DNA of 33,182 bases, from IMG/VR virus record IMGVR_UViG_3300025470_000055, positions 1-33,182 of that record. The stretch is one strand, 5' to 3'. Positions 17,215 through 25,786 of this stretch are shown here, one piece after another. Source of the stretch: a virus (taxonomy: Duplodnaviria > Caudoviricetes). Made by a program: the position numbers and the translations under genes. Under the pieces are notes generated by a model that worked only from the letters and a program-made list of their open reading frames with translations, was not told the origin of the DNA and did no database searches. Position 1 is the first letter of the stretch, and the number at the start of each line of letters is the position of its first letter.

Positions 17215-18145
17215 CTAAACCGATCCTATCTATTGATAAATTTACATATTCTTCATTTAATTCAATAAGAATTGTATTTCGATTATTGTTACTCGCAACC
17301 AATCCTGTTGTTCCAGCGCCTCCAAACGGATCAAGCACAACACCATCAACGGGGCATCCTGCCAGCACACACGGTTCGATTAAATCAGGTGGAAAAGTTG
17401 CGAAGTGAGCGCCTTTAAAAGGCTTTGTTGTAACAGTCCAAACAGAACGTTTGTTACGCATTTCAGTATTTCCAACAGCTTTCATCGTTCCGTTTGTCTT
17501 AAATGGAACTCGATTGCTACCAACTTGAGCAGAAATATTTGGCTGAGTTAATCGAATAATCGAACTTGCAGCAACTGGTTCTTTAATCGCCTCATGATCA
17601 AAATAATATTTTGGTGATTTGGACAACAAAAATATATATTCATGCGCCTTTGTGCAACGATCTATCACGCTTTCTGGCATCGGATTTGGCTTATGCCAAA
17701 TAATGTCCTGCCGTAAAAACCAACCATCCGCCTGCAATGCAAAAGCAACGCGCCAAGGAATGCCGATCAAATCTTTATGTTTGATTGATGTTCCTACAAA
17801 AGTTGATGACATTCTATTTTTTGCGCTTCCTTTAGGAACAAGAGTTCCTTCGCTTAAACCGAGCGTTGTGTCTGGAGTTGCTTTCCCATCTCGATATGAC
17901 GCATAACTATCCCCAATGTTTAACCAAAGTGTTCCGTCATCTCGTAAAACGCGGCGCACTTCTCGAAACACATTGACCAACTCGGACACAAATTCATCTG
18001 GTGTAGGCTCAAGCCCCATCTGGCCTGTATGGCCATAATCTCGCAATCCAAAATATGGCGGAGATGTAACGCACGTATGCACTGATTGATCTGGCAATGT
18101 TTTCAAAACATCGCGGCAGTCTCCATTAAGTATTTTTATTGTCAT
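17183..18145 (-). CDS. Orphan DNA methyltransferase, N6_N4 family (SPPY; probably N4-cytosine)
   Basis: GDCRDVL..LPDQSV..CVTSPPYFGLRDY...HFATFP...VLDPFGGAGTTG; beta-class motif order. Confidence 0.92.
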   Translation of the reverse strand: MTIKILNGDCRDVLKTLPDQSVHTCVTSPPYFGLRDYGHTGQMGLEPTPDEFVSELVNVFREVRRVLRDDGTLWLNIGDSYASYRDGKATPDTTLGLSEGTLVPKGSAKNRMSSTFVGTSIKHKDLIGIPWRVAFALQADGWFLRQDIIWHKPNPMPESVIDRCTKAHEYIFLLSKSPKYYFDHEAIKEPVAASSIIRLTQPNISAQVGSNRVPFKTNGTMKAVGNTEMRNKRSVWTVTTKPFKGAHFATFPPDLIEPCVLAGCPVDGVVLDPFGGAGTTGLVASNNNRNTILIELNEEYVNLSIDRIGLDATPLPTNGA

Positions 18146-18278
18146 CTTCTATCTCACATTCGCAGTGCCACATGAGCACTGAATAAATTGACCATTCGCA
18201 GATAAACATCCAGCCTTGTTTAAGACGCATTTCAATCTGCGAATAGGGAACATTGCGGTATAATCCCTCGCGGGTCAT
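18126..18278 (-). CDS. Small hypothetical protein (50 aa), not in the ORF track
   Basis: MTREGLYRNVPYSQIEMRLKQGWMFICEWSIYSVLMWHCECEIEDDNKNT; ATGA-coupled to the exonuclease stop and fills the gap exactly. Confidence 0.6.
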   Translation of the reverse strand: MTREGLYRNVPYSQIEMRLKQGWMFICEWSIYSVLMWHCECEIEDDNKNT

Positions 18279-18841
18279 TTCTCTCTCTCAATTAAATATT
18301 GATCATAAAACATCCGAAGCGGCTTTAGGATCGTATCCATAAACGGCTTGTCGTATTTAACAGTCTCAAGTGATTCGCCCCGTGGTGCCCATTGGTAAAA
18401 GTCGCACCAGGTTCGTCCCATGACATACATCTGCAACTGAATCTGAGCATAATAATGCGTCTGTTGTTGCGCTGTTTTAAATTTAGGTTCAATCGCAGCC
18501 CGTAACCCAAATGGGCACTTAACCTCAATCATTCCATTATTTTCAAGCAATCCATCTGGGCTGCATCCCAGCCAATCCTCAAAAGTAAAAAATCCGCACT
18601 TTTGCACACGATTGCCCGTTTTTAATTCATATTGTTGAATGGCACCATCTTCATTAAATACGCCCCATTCAGTCGCAACATTGCCAGTAAATTCATTTGG
18701 CAATCCTTTATATTCATTGACCATCCGGCGCATAACGTCGGACGGTTTTTGAAATGGTGACAATCCCAATATGCCACCAACCGCCGAAGCAGTAATTCTG
18801 TATTTTCTAGCAGAGTACCACTCCGGCGAACGCTGTTCCAT
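18275..18841 (-). CDS. YqaJ-like / lambda-exonuclease family recombination nuclease
   Basis: MEQRSPEWYSARKYRITAS...LGCSPDGL...IEVKCP...YYAQIQLQMYV..R.WCDF. Confidence 0.92.
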   Translation of the reverse strand: MEQRSPEWYSARKYRITASAVGGILGLSPFQKPSDVMRRMVNEYKGLPNEFTGNVATEWGVFNEDGAIQQYELKTGNRVQKCGFFTFEDWLGCSPDGLLENNGMIEVKCPFGLRAAIEPKFKTAQQQTHYYAQIQLQMYVMGRTWCDFYQWAPRGESLETVKYDKPFMDTILKPLRMFYDQYLIEREK

Positions 18842-18857
18842 GATTCATCCATTTAAA

Positions 18858-18905
18858 AGAGAAAACTCAGGGCGGCAATAAATTATAAAATTTACTACCG
18901 CCCTG
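18858..18905 (-). terminator. Long hairpin with U-rich tail (terminator/attenuator upstream of the exonuclease)
   Basis: Minus strand CAGGGCGGTAGTAAATT-ttat-AATTTATTGCCGCCCTG then AGTTTTCTCTTTT. The mismatches become G-U pairs only on the minus strand. Confidence 0.65.
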
Positions 18906-19050
18906 CAACCGTCTTTCCGGCCTGTCAGGTCTCCCCTTACCAATAGGGGAATAACTTGTTTTCACAAGACGGGATTCGAACCCATATTCTACTAAGTCTC
19001 GACCAACGAGCAGGAATTGCACCTGCACTACTCAAAAGCCTTGCGGCTAA
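18906..19050 (-). ncRNA. Candidate structured RNA with GNRA hairpins and two tRNA T-arm-like hairpins
   Basis: Minus strand: AGCC-GCAA-GGCT; GCAGG-TGCAATT-CCTGC; GGG-TTCGAAT-CCC; CTTGT-GAAA-ACAAG; TCCCCT..AGGGGA; CCG-GAAA-GACGG. All lie in a 244-nt intergenic gap. Confidence 0.55.
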
Positions 19051-19085
19051 ACTGAATAAATAAGTTTATAATAATTTATCAACCC

Positions 19086-19634
19086 TCAAAAAGGAATATC
19101 GTCGTCAACAGGCTTTGCCTTCTTTGGTGCGGCGGCAGGAACATCAACCTTGCCAACTTTGGGCGAGACTGAAGCAATCCAGTTGCCAGAGGATTTGTCG
19201 CCTTTGTCGTTTTTCATCTCCCAAATCTTCGTCAAAATAGTCATGGGCTTATTGGTAAATGCACCAAGTGATTCGTCCGTAGGCGCACGACCCGCAGCCT
19301 TCAACTTTCCGCCTGTATTCGTGTCAATGGTTGACAACATTTTTAACGCCGTATCACGCTTTTTAGCGGGGTCTTTAGCGCGTGGGTCAGGATGCGTTGA
19401 AAACACCCACAATTTCTGAAACACCTTGCGGTTTTTATATTCAACAGGCTGCAATGCAGACCAGCGAAGCGAAACAAACTTATTTCCTTCACGATCCGTG
19501 TCGATCTTAGCTTCATCAATCACAGCTACAAGGCTCGTATTGTTTGGAATAGGCTCAAGATTTCCGCCCTCCATTTCAAACGAAGTTGTAGATTGTACTT
19601 CTTCGCCTGTGCTCAATTCCCAGAAATCACTCAT
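19086..19634 (-). CDS. Phage single-stranded DNA-binding protein (DUF669-like)
   Basis: EPIP...AVIDEAK...VSLRW...YKNRKVFQKLW with an acidic DDDIPF C-terminus; lies between the AAA ATPase and the exonuclease. Confidence 0.8.
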   Translation of the reverse strand: MSDFWELSTGEEVQSTTSFEMEGGNLEPIPNNTSLVAVIDEAKIDTDREGNKFVSLRWSALQPVEYKNRKVFQKLWVFSTHPDPRAKDPAKKRDTALKMLSTIDTNTGGKLKAAGRAPTDESLGAFTNKPMTILTKIWEMKNDKGDKSSGNWIASVSPKVGKVDVPAAAPKKAKPVDDDIPF

Positions 19635-19644
19635 TTTCTTCCCC

Positions 19645-20400
19645 TCACTTCAAAACTGAAATATAATCAACAAGCGGATTTTTGCCCGCCTCAACAATCA
19701 ATGGCTCCGTAATGCCATAACGGTTTTTGCTCACATTAGCCGCAGTTGCATATGCAATCAGAACACGAGTTCCGTCCGAAATAGCCTTTTTGCGTTCTCC
19801 ATCACCTGTTGTAAATGTTTCCAGCTTCAAAAAGCCAACAAGATCAACATCATCCACATACGCGGGCATTGATTTATCGTGCATACGCAAGGTATATCGC
19901 ATATATGCGTCATCATCTGGCGGCTCAATGCGGCTGGTTTCAGCGTGGGCAATGAATACCGTGTGCATACCCTTACGATCCGACAGCAAACCAGCGGCTT
20001 TACGCAAACGCTGGTGTAATCCAGACACCGCATCTCGGCCAGCGCCGTAGCCGCCAAGAGCCTGCTGAATGCCACGGGGCTTCTTAGGATCAGTGTCCAC
20101 TACATACTGAGTGAACATACGTTCCAGCGCCGTCACGCTATCAACTACAAACGTTTGATAATCATGATCCTCATTTAATAGTGCTTTAACCTGCTCCCAA
20201 AGCTGGTCAACGGATGACAATACAGGAAACGCCTCTGGGCGATCTTCCTCTGGAATGGCCTGCAAACCATCCTCGGCGCGAATAAAAATAGGATTAGGAA
20301 ACGTGGCCGCTAGTGTTGTCTTGCCCATACCGCCGTCACCGCATAACGTAATAATAACTGGACGATTTTTTGGCTTACTAATATTTGCTAATTCACTCAT
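19645..20400 (-). CDS. AAA_24 / Sak4-like ATPase (single-strand annealing recombinase)
   Basis: AGGAG RBS and ATG 20400 (MSELANISKP); GDGGMGKTT Walker A, TFVVDSVTALE Walker B, VFIAH, KNRY. Confidence 0.85.
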   Translation of the reverse strand: MSELANISKPKNRPVIITLCGDGGMGKTTLAATFPNPIFIRAEDGLQAIPEEDRPEAFPVLSSVDQLWEQVKALLNEDHDYQTFVVDSVTALERMFTQYVVDTDPKKPRGIQQALGGYGAGRDAVSGLHQRLRKAAGLLSDRKGMHTVFIAHAETSRIEPPDDDAYMRYTLRMHDKSMPAYVDDVDLVGFLKLETFTTGDGERKKAISDGTRVLIAYATAANVSKNRYGITEPLIVEAGKNPLVDYISVLK

Positions 20401-20428
20401 TGAGTAACTCCTTCTTCTCTCAACGGAC

Positions 20429-20460
20429 TTGACACTAATGGCGTTTCGTTGCATTGTCAA
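20429..20460. promoter_or_regulatory. Overlapping divergent sigma70 promoters
   Basis: Plus strand: TTGACA(20429)-N17-CATTGT. Minus strand: TTGACA(20460)-N17-TAGTGT. Located at the divergence point of the two early arms. Confidence 0.75.
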
Positions 20461-20491
20461 CATACGAATTGTCATGAATGGAACATTTTAA

Positions 20492-20695
20492 ATGGAATCT
20501 CCCTCAGATATTATCCGTCAGACTTATGACGAGCAGCTTGAGCGAATTAAAATAGCGTTAGCTGACAGGAACTTAGCTAAAGTTGCCAAGCAAACAATGC
20601 TGCATGAAAACACTGTGCGATCCATAGCTAATGGGTCAAATAAAATGCCGTCAATTACGACCATTGATGCTTTGGCAGGATATTTATTCAAATGA
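20492..20695 (+). CDS. Cro/XRE-like HTH regulator
   Basis: NLAKVAKQTMLHENTVRSIANG..KMPSITTIDALAGY; first gene after the divergent promoter. Confidence 0.8.
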   Translation: MESPSDIIRQTYDEQLERIKIALADRNLAKVAKQTMLHENTVRSIANGSNKMPSITTIDALAGYLFK

Positions 20696-22962
20696 ATTAC
20701 AAAGATTTTTGGCAAGCTGGCTACCGCGTAATCGGCCTAAACAAAATAATAAAAAACAATTTATGTTCATGTGGGCAAGCCGGATGCAAAGCCATCGGCA
20801 AGCATCCCATCGCATCAAATTGGCAATATGCGCCCCTTTGGTCTGAAGAGCAGATCGAGACAATGGAGGCAACGGATCAATTCGCCACCGGATACGGCGT
20901 TCTGGTCAAGGGCTTGCTGGTCATTGACGTGGACGCCCGCAATGGCGGCGTTGAGTCTTATCAGCGCCTCATTGAGCAATTTCCCGACATTACAGGCGCG
21001 GGCATGATTGTCGAGACAGGATCAGGCGGCGGGTCAAAGCATCTCTATTACACCGCCCCAGAGGGTTTGGCTTTGCTCCAGCACTTGCCGGATTATAAGG
21101 GCATCGACTTTAAGTCATCCGGCTTCGTGGTCGGTCCAGGATCGCTGCACGTCTCAGGCAACCATTATAAATGCGTTTACGGATCGCCCAGCGACATCGA
21201 GGCTGCACCTACTGCATTGCTGGATGCACTACGCAAACCAGAGCGTCACCGCGCTGAATATAACGGCCAGACGTTTGACGTGTCCGCGACCGAACTTGAG
21301 GACATGCTGTCCTACATCGACCCAGATGTGGCGCATGAAATCTGGATCAAATGCGGCATGGCGATTCATCATGCCACGGGCGGGACAGGTTTTGCGGTCT
21401 GGGACGCATGGTCAGCCAAAGGCACGAAATACCCATCCAGCGAGGAACTTGCAAAGCGGTGGCACTCGTTCGGTAAGTCCGCTAATCCTGTGACGCTCGG
21501 CACGTTGGTTTATTATGCGGAGGCCGCTGGCTGGACACGGGCGGTAACGTTTGAGCCGAATGAGCCTATGGACTTTCCAGAGGATGATAATGCAGACATT
21601 GACATTCGCGGCATCGACTTGAAGCGCCCCCCTGGATTCGTTGGTGAAGTATCCCAGTGGATTCACGACCAATGTTTTTCGTACCGCGAGAATATTGCTG
21701 TAGGGGCTGCACTTGTAGCAATGGGAAACATTGTCGGATTAAAATATCGAGAGACAATGCGAAACACTACAGCTAACTTGATTGTTTTTTGCGTGGCAGC
21801 CTCTGGCACCGGCAAGGAATCAATTTTGCAAGCTGCAATGAATGTCGTGAAGGTTTCGGGATTAAATAGAGCAGCGCACGGCGCAATCAAGTCGGAGCAG
21901 GAAATCGTCCGTAACCTGATTGATCACCAAGCCTCGTTTTATATGATTGACGAAATTGGCTACCTGCTCACCAAGATTAAGAATGCCCAGACCAAAGGAA
22001 CAGCGTCTTATCTTGAAGGCATAATTGGCATCATAATGTCGATTTATTCCAAGGCAAATGGCGATTTGCTCATTTCAGGCGATGTTCGCAAAGAAATCCG
22101 CAAGGGCATTTTGCAGGAAATTGCTCAGATAGAGCGTCAGTTAGAAAATGGCTCTAATCCGATATTTGAACTCAAACTTCAGCAGCGTGAGGCTGCATTA
22201 ACATCCATCGAGAATGGCATTGTTAATCCATTTATATCGTTGCTTGGCTTTACGACCGATACAAACTTTGACAAAATAGTGGATTATGAAAACACGGCCA
22301 ATGGTTTTATCGGGCGTAGTTTGATTTTTGCTGAGACAAAGTCTGTCCCCAAAGAGAAAGAAAACTTTGAGCCTCGACCTATGCCAGAGAAAATGCAGAA
22401 TACGCTGGTTGATCTGTACCAAGCCGGATCATTCAGCGTCATCCAAAACGACCGCATAGAAAATTACGGGGATAAAATTGAAATACCAACCACAGATGAC
22501 GGTAAGGCTTTGTTGAAAAAGGTCATGCGGATCATGCACGAGCAAGCCGAATATCATTCCGAAAAGTCTGGCATGGAGGCAATCTGGCTGCGCTCTCGTG
22601 AACAAATTGCCAAGGTATCATTTATTCTTGCAGTGCCGGAAGGTATCCGTACAGTTGAGCATATACGCTGGGCTTACGCACTTATTCGTAAAGATATTGA
22701 ATATAAGATCAATTTGGTTATTGGCAATGACCGCCAGAAGGACGAGCCAAAGACCGCGCTACTGTCCAGTTTGGACAATGTTTTATCAGGCGATGACGGC
22801 GAGACGCTTGGCGTCATTCTTAATAAATTGCGTAAATATAAAAAGGAGGATGTAGAGGCTGCATTAACCATGTTGGTGGATAGAAAAATGGTTACACTAG
22901 AAACAAATATTCACCCCAAACGCAAAATTACAATTAAACGGTACAGGAAAGTTAAGAAATGA
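20692..22962 (+). CDS. Primase-helicase: bifunctional Prim-Pol N-terminus, PriCT-2 and P-loop domain
   Basis: C.C....C...GKHP, LLVIDVDARNGG, ETGSGGG..HLYY (Prim-Pol); WIKCGMAIH...WDAWS..KY...RW.SF (PriCT-2); AASGTGKE and MIDEIG (Walker A/B). Confidence 0.9.
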   Translation: MNYKDFWQAGYRVIGLNKIIKNNLCSCGQAGCKAIGKHPIASNWQYAPLWSEEQIETMEATDQFATGYGVLVKGLLVIDVDARNGGVESYQRLIEQFPDITGAGMIVETGSGGGSKHLYYTAPEGLALLQHLPDYKGIDFKSSGFVVGPGSLHVSGNHYKCVYGSPSDIEAAPTALLDALRKPERHRAEYNGQTFDVSATELEDMLSYIDPDVAHEIWIKCGMAIHHATGGTGFAVWDAWSAKGTKYPSSEELAKRWHSFGKSANPVTLGTLVYYAEAAGWTRAVTFEPNEPMDFPEDDNADIDIRGIDLKRPPGFVGEVSQWIHDQCFSYRENIAVGAALVAMGNIVGLKYRETMRNTTANLIVFCVAASGTGKESILQAAMNVVKVSGLNRAAHGAIKSEQEIVRNLIDHQASFYMIDEIGYLLTKIKNAQTKGTASYLEGIIGIIMSIYSKANGDLLISGDVRKEIRKGILQEIAQIERQLENGSNPIFELKLQQREAALTSIENGIVNPFISLLGFTTDTNFDKIVDYENTANGFIGRSLIFAETKSVPKEKENFEPRPMPEKMQNTLVDLYQAGSFSVIQNDRIENYGDKIEIPTTDDGKALLKKVMRIMHEQAEYHSEKSGMEAIWLRSREQIAKVSFILAVPEGIRTVEHIRWAYALIRKDIEYKINLVIGNDRQKDEPKTALLSSLDNVLSGDDGETLGVILNKLRKYKKEDVEAALTMLVDRKMVTLETNIHPKRKITIKRYRKVKK

Positions 22963-23240
22963 GATACGAAGATAGATTTATTCCAGATGTTGTGTGGAAG
23001 ATTATAACCGATACAAGCGCAAGACGGAGAGTGAAAATTGATCATGTCATGAGTGCATCCAGGCTTCCTGAATTAGTTGAGACACGGCGGCAAATATCAA
23101 GGAAGCTGCGTGAGATTTTAAATGAAGATGGAACAAATGTTTACAGCTATCCAACTATCGGTAAATTCTTTAATAGAGATCACTCAGGAATTTATTATAT
23201 GCTGCACCCGCAGTGCCGTGGAACAAGGTCAAAAAAATGA
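22959..23240 (+). CDS. DnaA C-terminal-like HTH protein
   Basis: SR...LVETR...YSYPTIGKFFNRDHSGIYY resembles the DnaA domain IV signature (S...IG..F.RDHSTV). Confidence 0.75.
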   Translation: MRYEDRFIPDVVWKIITDTSARRRVKIDHVMSASRLPELVETRRQISRKLREILNEDGTNVYSYPTIGKFFNRDHSGIYYMLHPQCRGTRSKK

Positions 23241-23425
23241 AAAACACGCCTATTAAATACAAAAAAAACCCGCCGATTTATTGGGAAATGGAAGTTGGTG
23301 ATGTTCGCGTAGTCACCCATAAAGAAGCGCTAGCCGCGCATCGGTGGGGGCTTCGACGGGAAATAAAATTCAGTCGAGACAAGCGCCCCCATGAGGGCAA
23401 ATATTTAATTACGAGGATGTCATAA
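23237..23425 (+). CDS. Hypothetical protein
   Basis: ATGA coupling; YWEMEVGD...YLITR pattern common in small phage DNA-binding proteins. Confidence 0.6.
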   Translation: MKNTPIKYKKNPPIYWEMEVGDVRVVTHKEALAAHRWGLRREIKFSRDKRPHEGKYLITRMS

Positions 23426-23652
23426 TGAAATTAACAGATGAACAAATTGCTGCAATTAAAATTGATCGACGCCCATTAAAGATTGTCGCCCATGATTACA
23501 GCATCTCGCAGTCTTATGCCCAGAAGATTCGTGGCGGTAAGGAAATTCCGCAATATGCTGAGACCATGAAACGCCTCAAGGAATTGGAATATCAAGTGTC
23601 GCGCATTAAGGAACTGGAATATCGGATTAAGATATTAGAGGGGAAGGTATGA
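23425..23652 (+). CDS. Small HTH protein (paralog of 11975-12214)
   Basis: KLTDEQIAAIK.D.R..KIVAHDYSISQSYAQKIR. Confidence 0.7.
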   Translation: MKLTDEQIAAIKIDRRPLKIVAHDYSISQSYAQKIRGGKEIPQYAETMKRLKELEYQVSRIKELEYRIKILEGKV

Positions 23653-23963
23653 CCGACGCCATAAAGCACGATGGTGATAAACCGCGCCTTGATTTGCTGG
23701 ATAGATGTTTCCTAGAAGAAACAGCGCTCGTGCTTGGCTTTGGGGCTGATAAGTATGCGCCACACAATTATAAAAAAGGCTTGGCTTATACCAGGCTAAT
23801 AGCCGCGGCTATGCGGCACATTGTGGCTTTTAATGATGGCGAGGATGTTGATACAGAAAGCGGATTGTCACATCTCGCCCATGCCGCATGTTGCCTGCAA
23901 TTTTTAATGTGGATGAAAAAAAATCGTACAGATATGGATGATAGACACTTGACGCTAATCTAA
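23649..23963 (+). CDS. dATP/dGTP diphosphohydrolase-like protein (DUF5664)
   Basis: KHDGDKPRLDLL...VLGFGADKYAPHNYKKG...AAAMRH...D.ESGLSHLAHAACCL.FL. Confidence 0.85.
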   Translation: MTDAIKHDGDKPRLDLLDRCFLEETALVLGFGADKYAPHNYKKGLAYTRLIAAAMRHIVAFNDGEDVDTESGLSHLAHAACCLQFLMWMKKNRTDMDDRHLTLI

Positions 23964-24020
23964 GGATGTGCAATAAAGATGACGTTGCAGCGGGGGCTGC
24001 ACTAAATGGAGAATAAAACA
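23948..24020 (+). promoter_or_regulatory. Promoter, 5' hairpin and RBS cassette
   Basis: CTTGACGCT-N11-GTG-CAATAA, hairpin TGCAGC-gggg-GCTGCA (23986-24001), AATGGAGAAT RBS. Confidence 0.55.
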
Positions 24021-24188
24021 ATGATCGCATATTTTCACAGAGCCGCTGGCAACAAGTTCATCCTAACAATCTGCACTGAGCCTTGCAACGGTCAGGAATT
24101 TAACCAGAGCGAAAAGATTGTGGTTGCTGATAAGAAAGAAGCCAAGGCAATCTGCAAGGATCGCGGTGTTCAACCTTGGAACTTTTAA
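24021..24188 (+). CDS. Small hypothetical protein
   Basis: GGAG RBS before ATG 24021 (MIAYFHRAAGNK...QPWNF). Confidence 0.7.
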   Translation: MIAYFHRAAGNKFILTICTEPCNGQEFNQSEKIVVADKKEAKAICKDRGVQPWNF

Positions 24189-24195
24189 TTTTAAC

Positions 24196-24211
24196 GGGGG
24201 CGAAAGCCCCC
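24196..24211 (+). other. GNRA-tetraloop hairpin without a downstream U-tract
   Basis: GGGGGC-GAAA-GCCCCC between genes, followed by an AATGGAGAAT RBS. Confidence 0.6.
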
Positions 24212-24234
24212 ACTCATTCAATGGAGAATGTAAA

Positions 24235-24471
24235 ATGGTTTACTCATATGAAACAGTTATTCTTCTGGATGGACAAGAAATTGATGTATCCGTTGAATAT
24301 CGTGCAGACAAGCCATACGACCAGACATGGGATGAGCCAGCATATGCTGGAGAGGTTTATCCTGTATCAATGCGGATTGGCAATGTTTCAGTTACCGGAC
24401 CACTAATGGACATACTTTTCGATAATCTCGACCATGAATATATGATCGACCAAGCATTTGGGGGGCGCTAA
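24235..24471 (+). CDS. Small acidic hypothetical protein
   Basis: GGAG RBS, ATG 24235 (MVYSYETVILLDG). Confidence 0.7.
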   Translation: MVYSYETVILLDGQEIDVSVEYRADKPYDQTWDEPAYAGEVYPVSMRIGNVSVTGPLMDILFDNLDHEYMIDQAFGGR

Positions 24472-24472
24472 T

Positions 24473-24679
24473 ATGTTGCAACATAAAATAGCATTTACAT
24501 CTACCGGAACAATCAGGGCAGAGTTTGGAAGAATTTCACAGGCGTCATTTTTGGAAATTACTAATCCTGCTTACAAAAAAGATGAGGACCCAGTGACAAT
24601 TTTTTTCCCATTAGAATATGCCGATAAACTTGAGCGGATCGCCGCTGCAATCAATGAAATCATGGGGGAAACCCCATGA
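24473..24679 (+). CDS. Hypothetical protein
   Basis: ATG 24473 directly after the upstream stop. Confidence 0.6.
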   Translation: MLQHKIAFTSTGTIRAEFGRISQASFLEITNPAYKKDEDPVTIFFPLEYADKLERIAAAINEIMGETP

Positions 24680-24810
24680 ATACCATCATTGAGGGGTTTT
24701 GCGTTCTAGGGTTTTTTTTCGGCGGGTTATTTATTTACTGCATTGTATGCCCGCCAGAGCCAACACATAAACATCACACGGAGACACATTATGCCCGTAT
24801 CAATAGATAA
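24676..24810 (+). CDS. Small membrane protein (44 aa), not in the ORF track
   Basis: MNTIIEGFCVLGFFFGGLFIYCIVCPPEPTHKHHTETHYARINR; ATGA coupling. Confidence 0.5.
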   Translation: MNTIIEGFCVLGFFFGGLFIYCIVCPPEPTHKHHTETHYARINR

Positions 24811-24988
24811 AATTTACAAAACTAAATTATGCAACAGCGGATTGTGTCCGTCCTCTACGACGTGCCGCAGACACCCAGACAGCGGTGCAATCGCCGATGC
24901 GAAATATCAGCTTTATTGTGCATTTGAACTGCCAGAAAATGCTGATAGTTGCGAAGATTATTGGCCGATGGAGGATATCAAGCCATGA
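24791..24988 (+). CDS. Small Cys-rich protein
   Basis: GGAG RBS, ATG 24791; C-x4-CP-x4-CRR...C..YWP. Confidence 0.6.
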   Translation: MPVSIDKIYKTKLCNSGLCPSSTTCRRHPDSGAIADAKYQLYCAFELPENADSCEDYWPMEDIKP

Positions 24989-25353
24989 AACTCGACTTTA
25001 AAAACAAAACCTACATTTTGCGAGATGGCTCGGAATACCGCAACTATTGCGATGATGCAGGCGGTAAATATCCCATTCATGGGGCGTTTAAAGATGATGA
25101 AGGAGTATGGATACAAATTGCAAACACCTTAGATGGCAGATTTTATTCGGATGGTGTCAAACATAATTACGACCTAATCGAAGTCAAAAAGACCCACACG
25201 GTTACGTTTTGGGTGAACTATTATCCTGCTGGCAACCTTACATTATGGCCGTCTAAAGAAACAGCCGATGATGCGGCAGCGAAACACCGAGCTGCCTGCT
25301 TTGAGGTCACCCGCACGTTCACAGAAGGAGAAGGATTGGAGGACAGGAAATGA
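24985..25353 (+). CDS. Hypothetical phage protein
   Basis: GGAGG RBS, ATG 24985; RDG...YPIHG...DG...YDLIE...WVNYY. Confidence 0.7.
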   Translation: MKLDFKNKTYILRDGSEYRNYCDDAGGKYPIHGAFKDDEGVWIQIANTLDGRFYSDGVKHNYDLIEVKKTHTVTFWVNYYPAGNLTLWPSKETADDAAAKHRAACFEVTRTFTEGEGLEDRK

Positions 25354-25535
25354 CCGCAAAGCTGATTAAAAAACTCAATGAACATTTAAAATGTCTGCTT
25401 AAATATCCAGAAGAAAGTTGGAATGACTCAGACCTCATCGAGGAAGTTATCCTTGCCTTTAAAGACCAGCAATATCAGATTGATGATCTGAAAGAGCAAA
25501 TTTTCGACCTTAAAAATTTGGAAAATAAGCCATGA
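25350..25535 (+). CDS. Hypothetical protein
   Basis: GGAGG RBS, ATGA coupling. Confidence 0.6.
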   Translation: MTAKLIKKLNEHLKCLLKYPEESWNDSDLIEEVILAFKDQQYQIDDLKEQIFDLKNLENKP

Positions 25536-25786
25536 CACACCCCACTTCGGAAGCTCTGCTTATTATTGCTCAACAAATGAACGAACATGGCGTTGATTTT
25601 CGCACGGACGTGCACGGCATTGAGGCACTTTGCTTGCAAGAAGCCGCATACGAGATTGAGCGTTTACGGGAATCATTACAGCATTGCATCAACGCCATTG
25701 CGGAATATGAAAAAGACAGCAGCGAAAACATTAGGCCATTTTTGTTAGGCGCATTGGATAATGCAAGGAAGGTTTTAAACAAATGA
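25532..25786 (+). CDS. Hypothetical protein, EAAxEIERLR family
   Basis: EAAYEIERLRESL...ARKVL; ATGA coupling. Confidence 0.65.
   Translation: MTHPTSEALLIIAQQMNEHGVDFRTDVHGIEALCLQEAAYEIERLRESLQHCINAIAEYEKDSSENIRPFLLGALDNARKVLNK

Noticed and set aside
18955-19035. tRNA gene suggested by GGGTTCGAATCCC on the minus strand
   Set aside because: No 7-bp acceptor stem, D-arm or anticodon arm can be formed, and the T-like stem is short. Kept only as part of a candidate ncRNA.
20401-20475. N-terminal extension of the AAA ATPase given in the ORF track
   Set aside because: It runs through the divergent promoter. The AGGAG RBS supports ATG 20400 as the real start.
23649-23963. 2-aminoadenine (Z) or other hypermodified-base pathway implied by the dATP/dGTP diphosphohydrolase
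   Set aside because: No PurZ, queuosine-pathway genes or phage DNA polymerase are present in the window, and this family also occurs in phages without such pathways.
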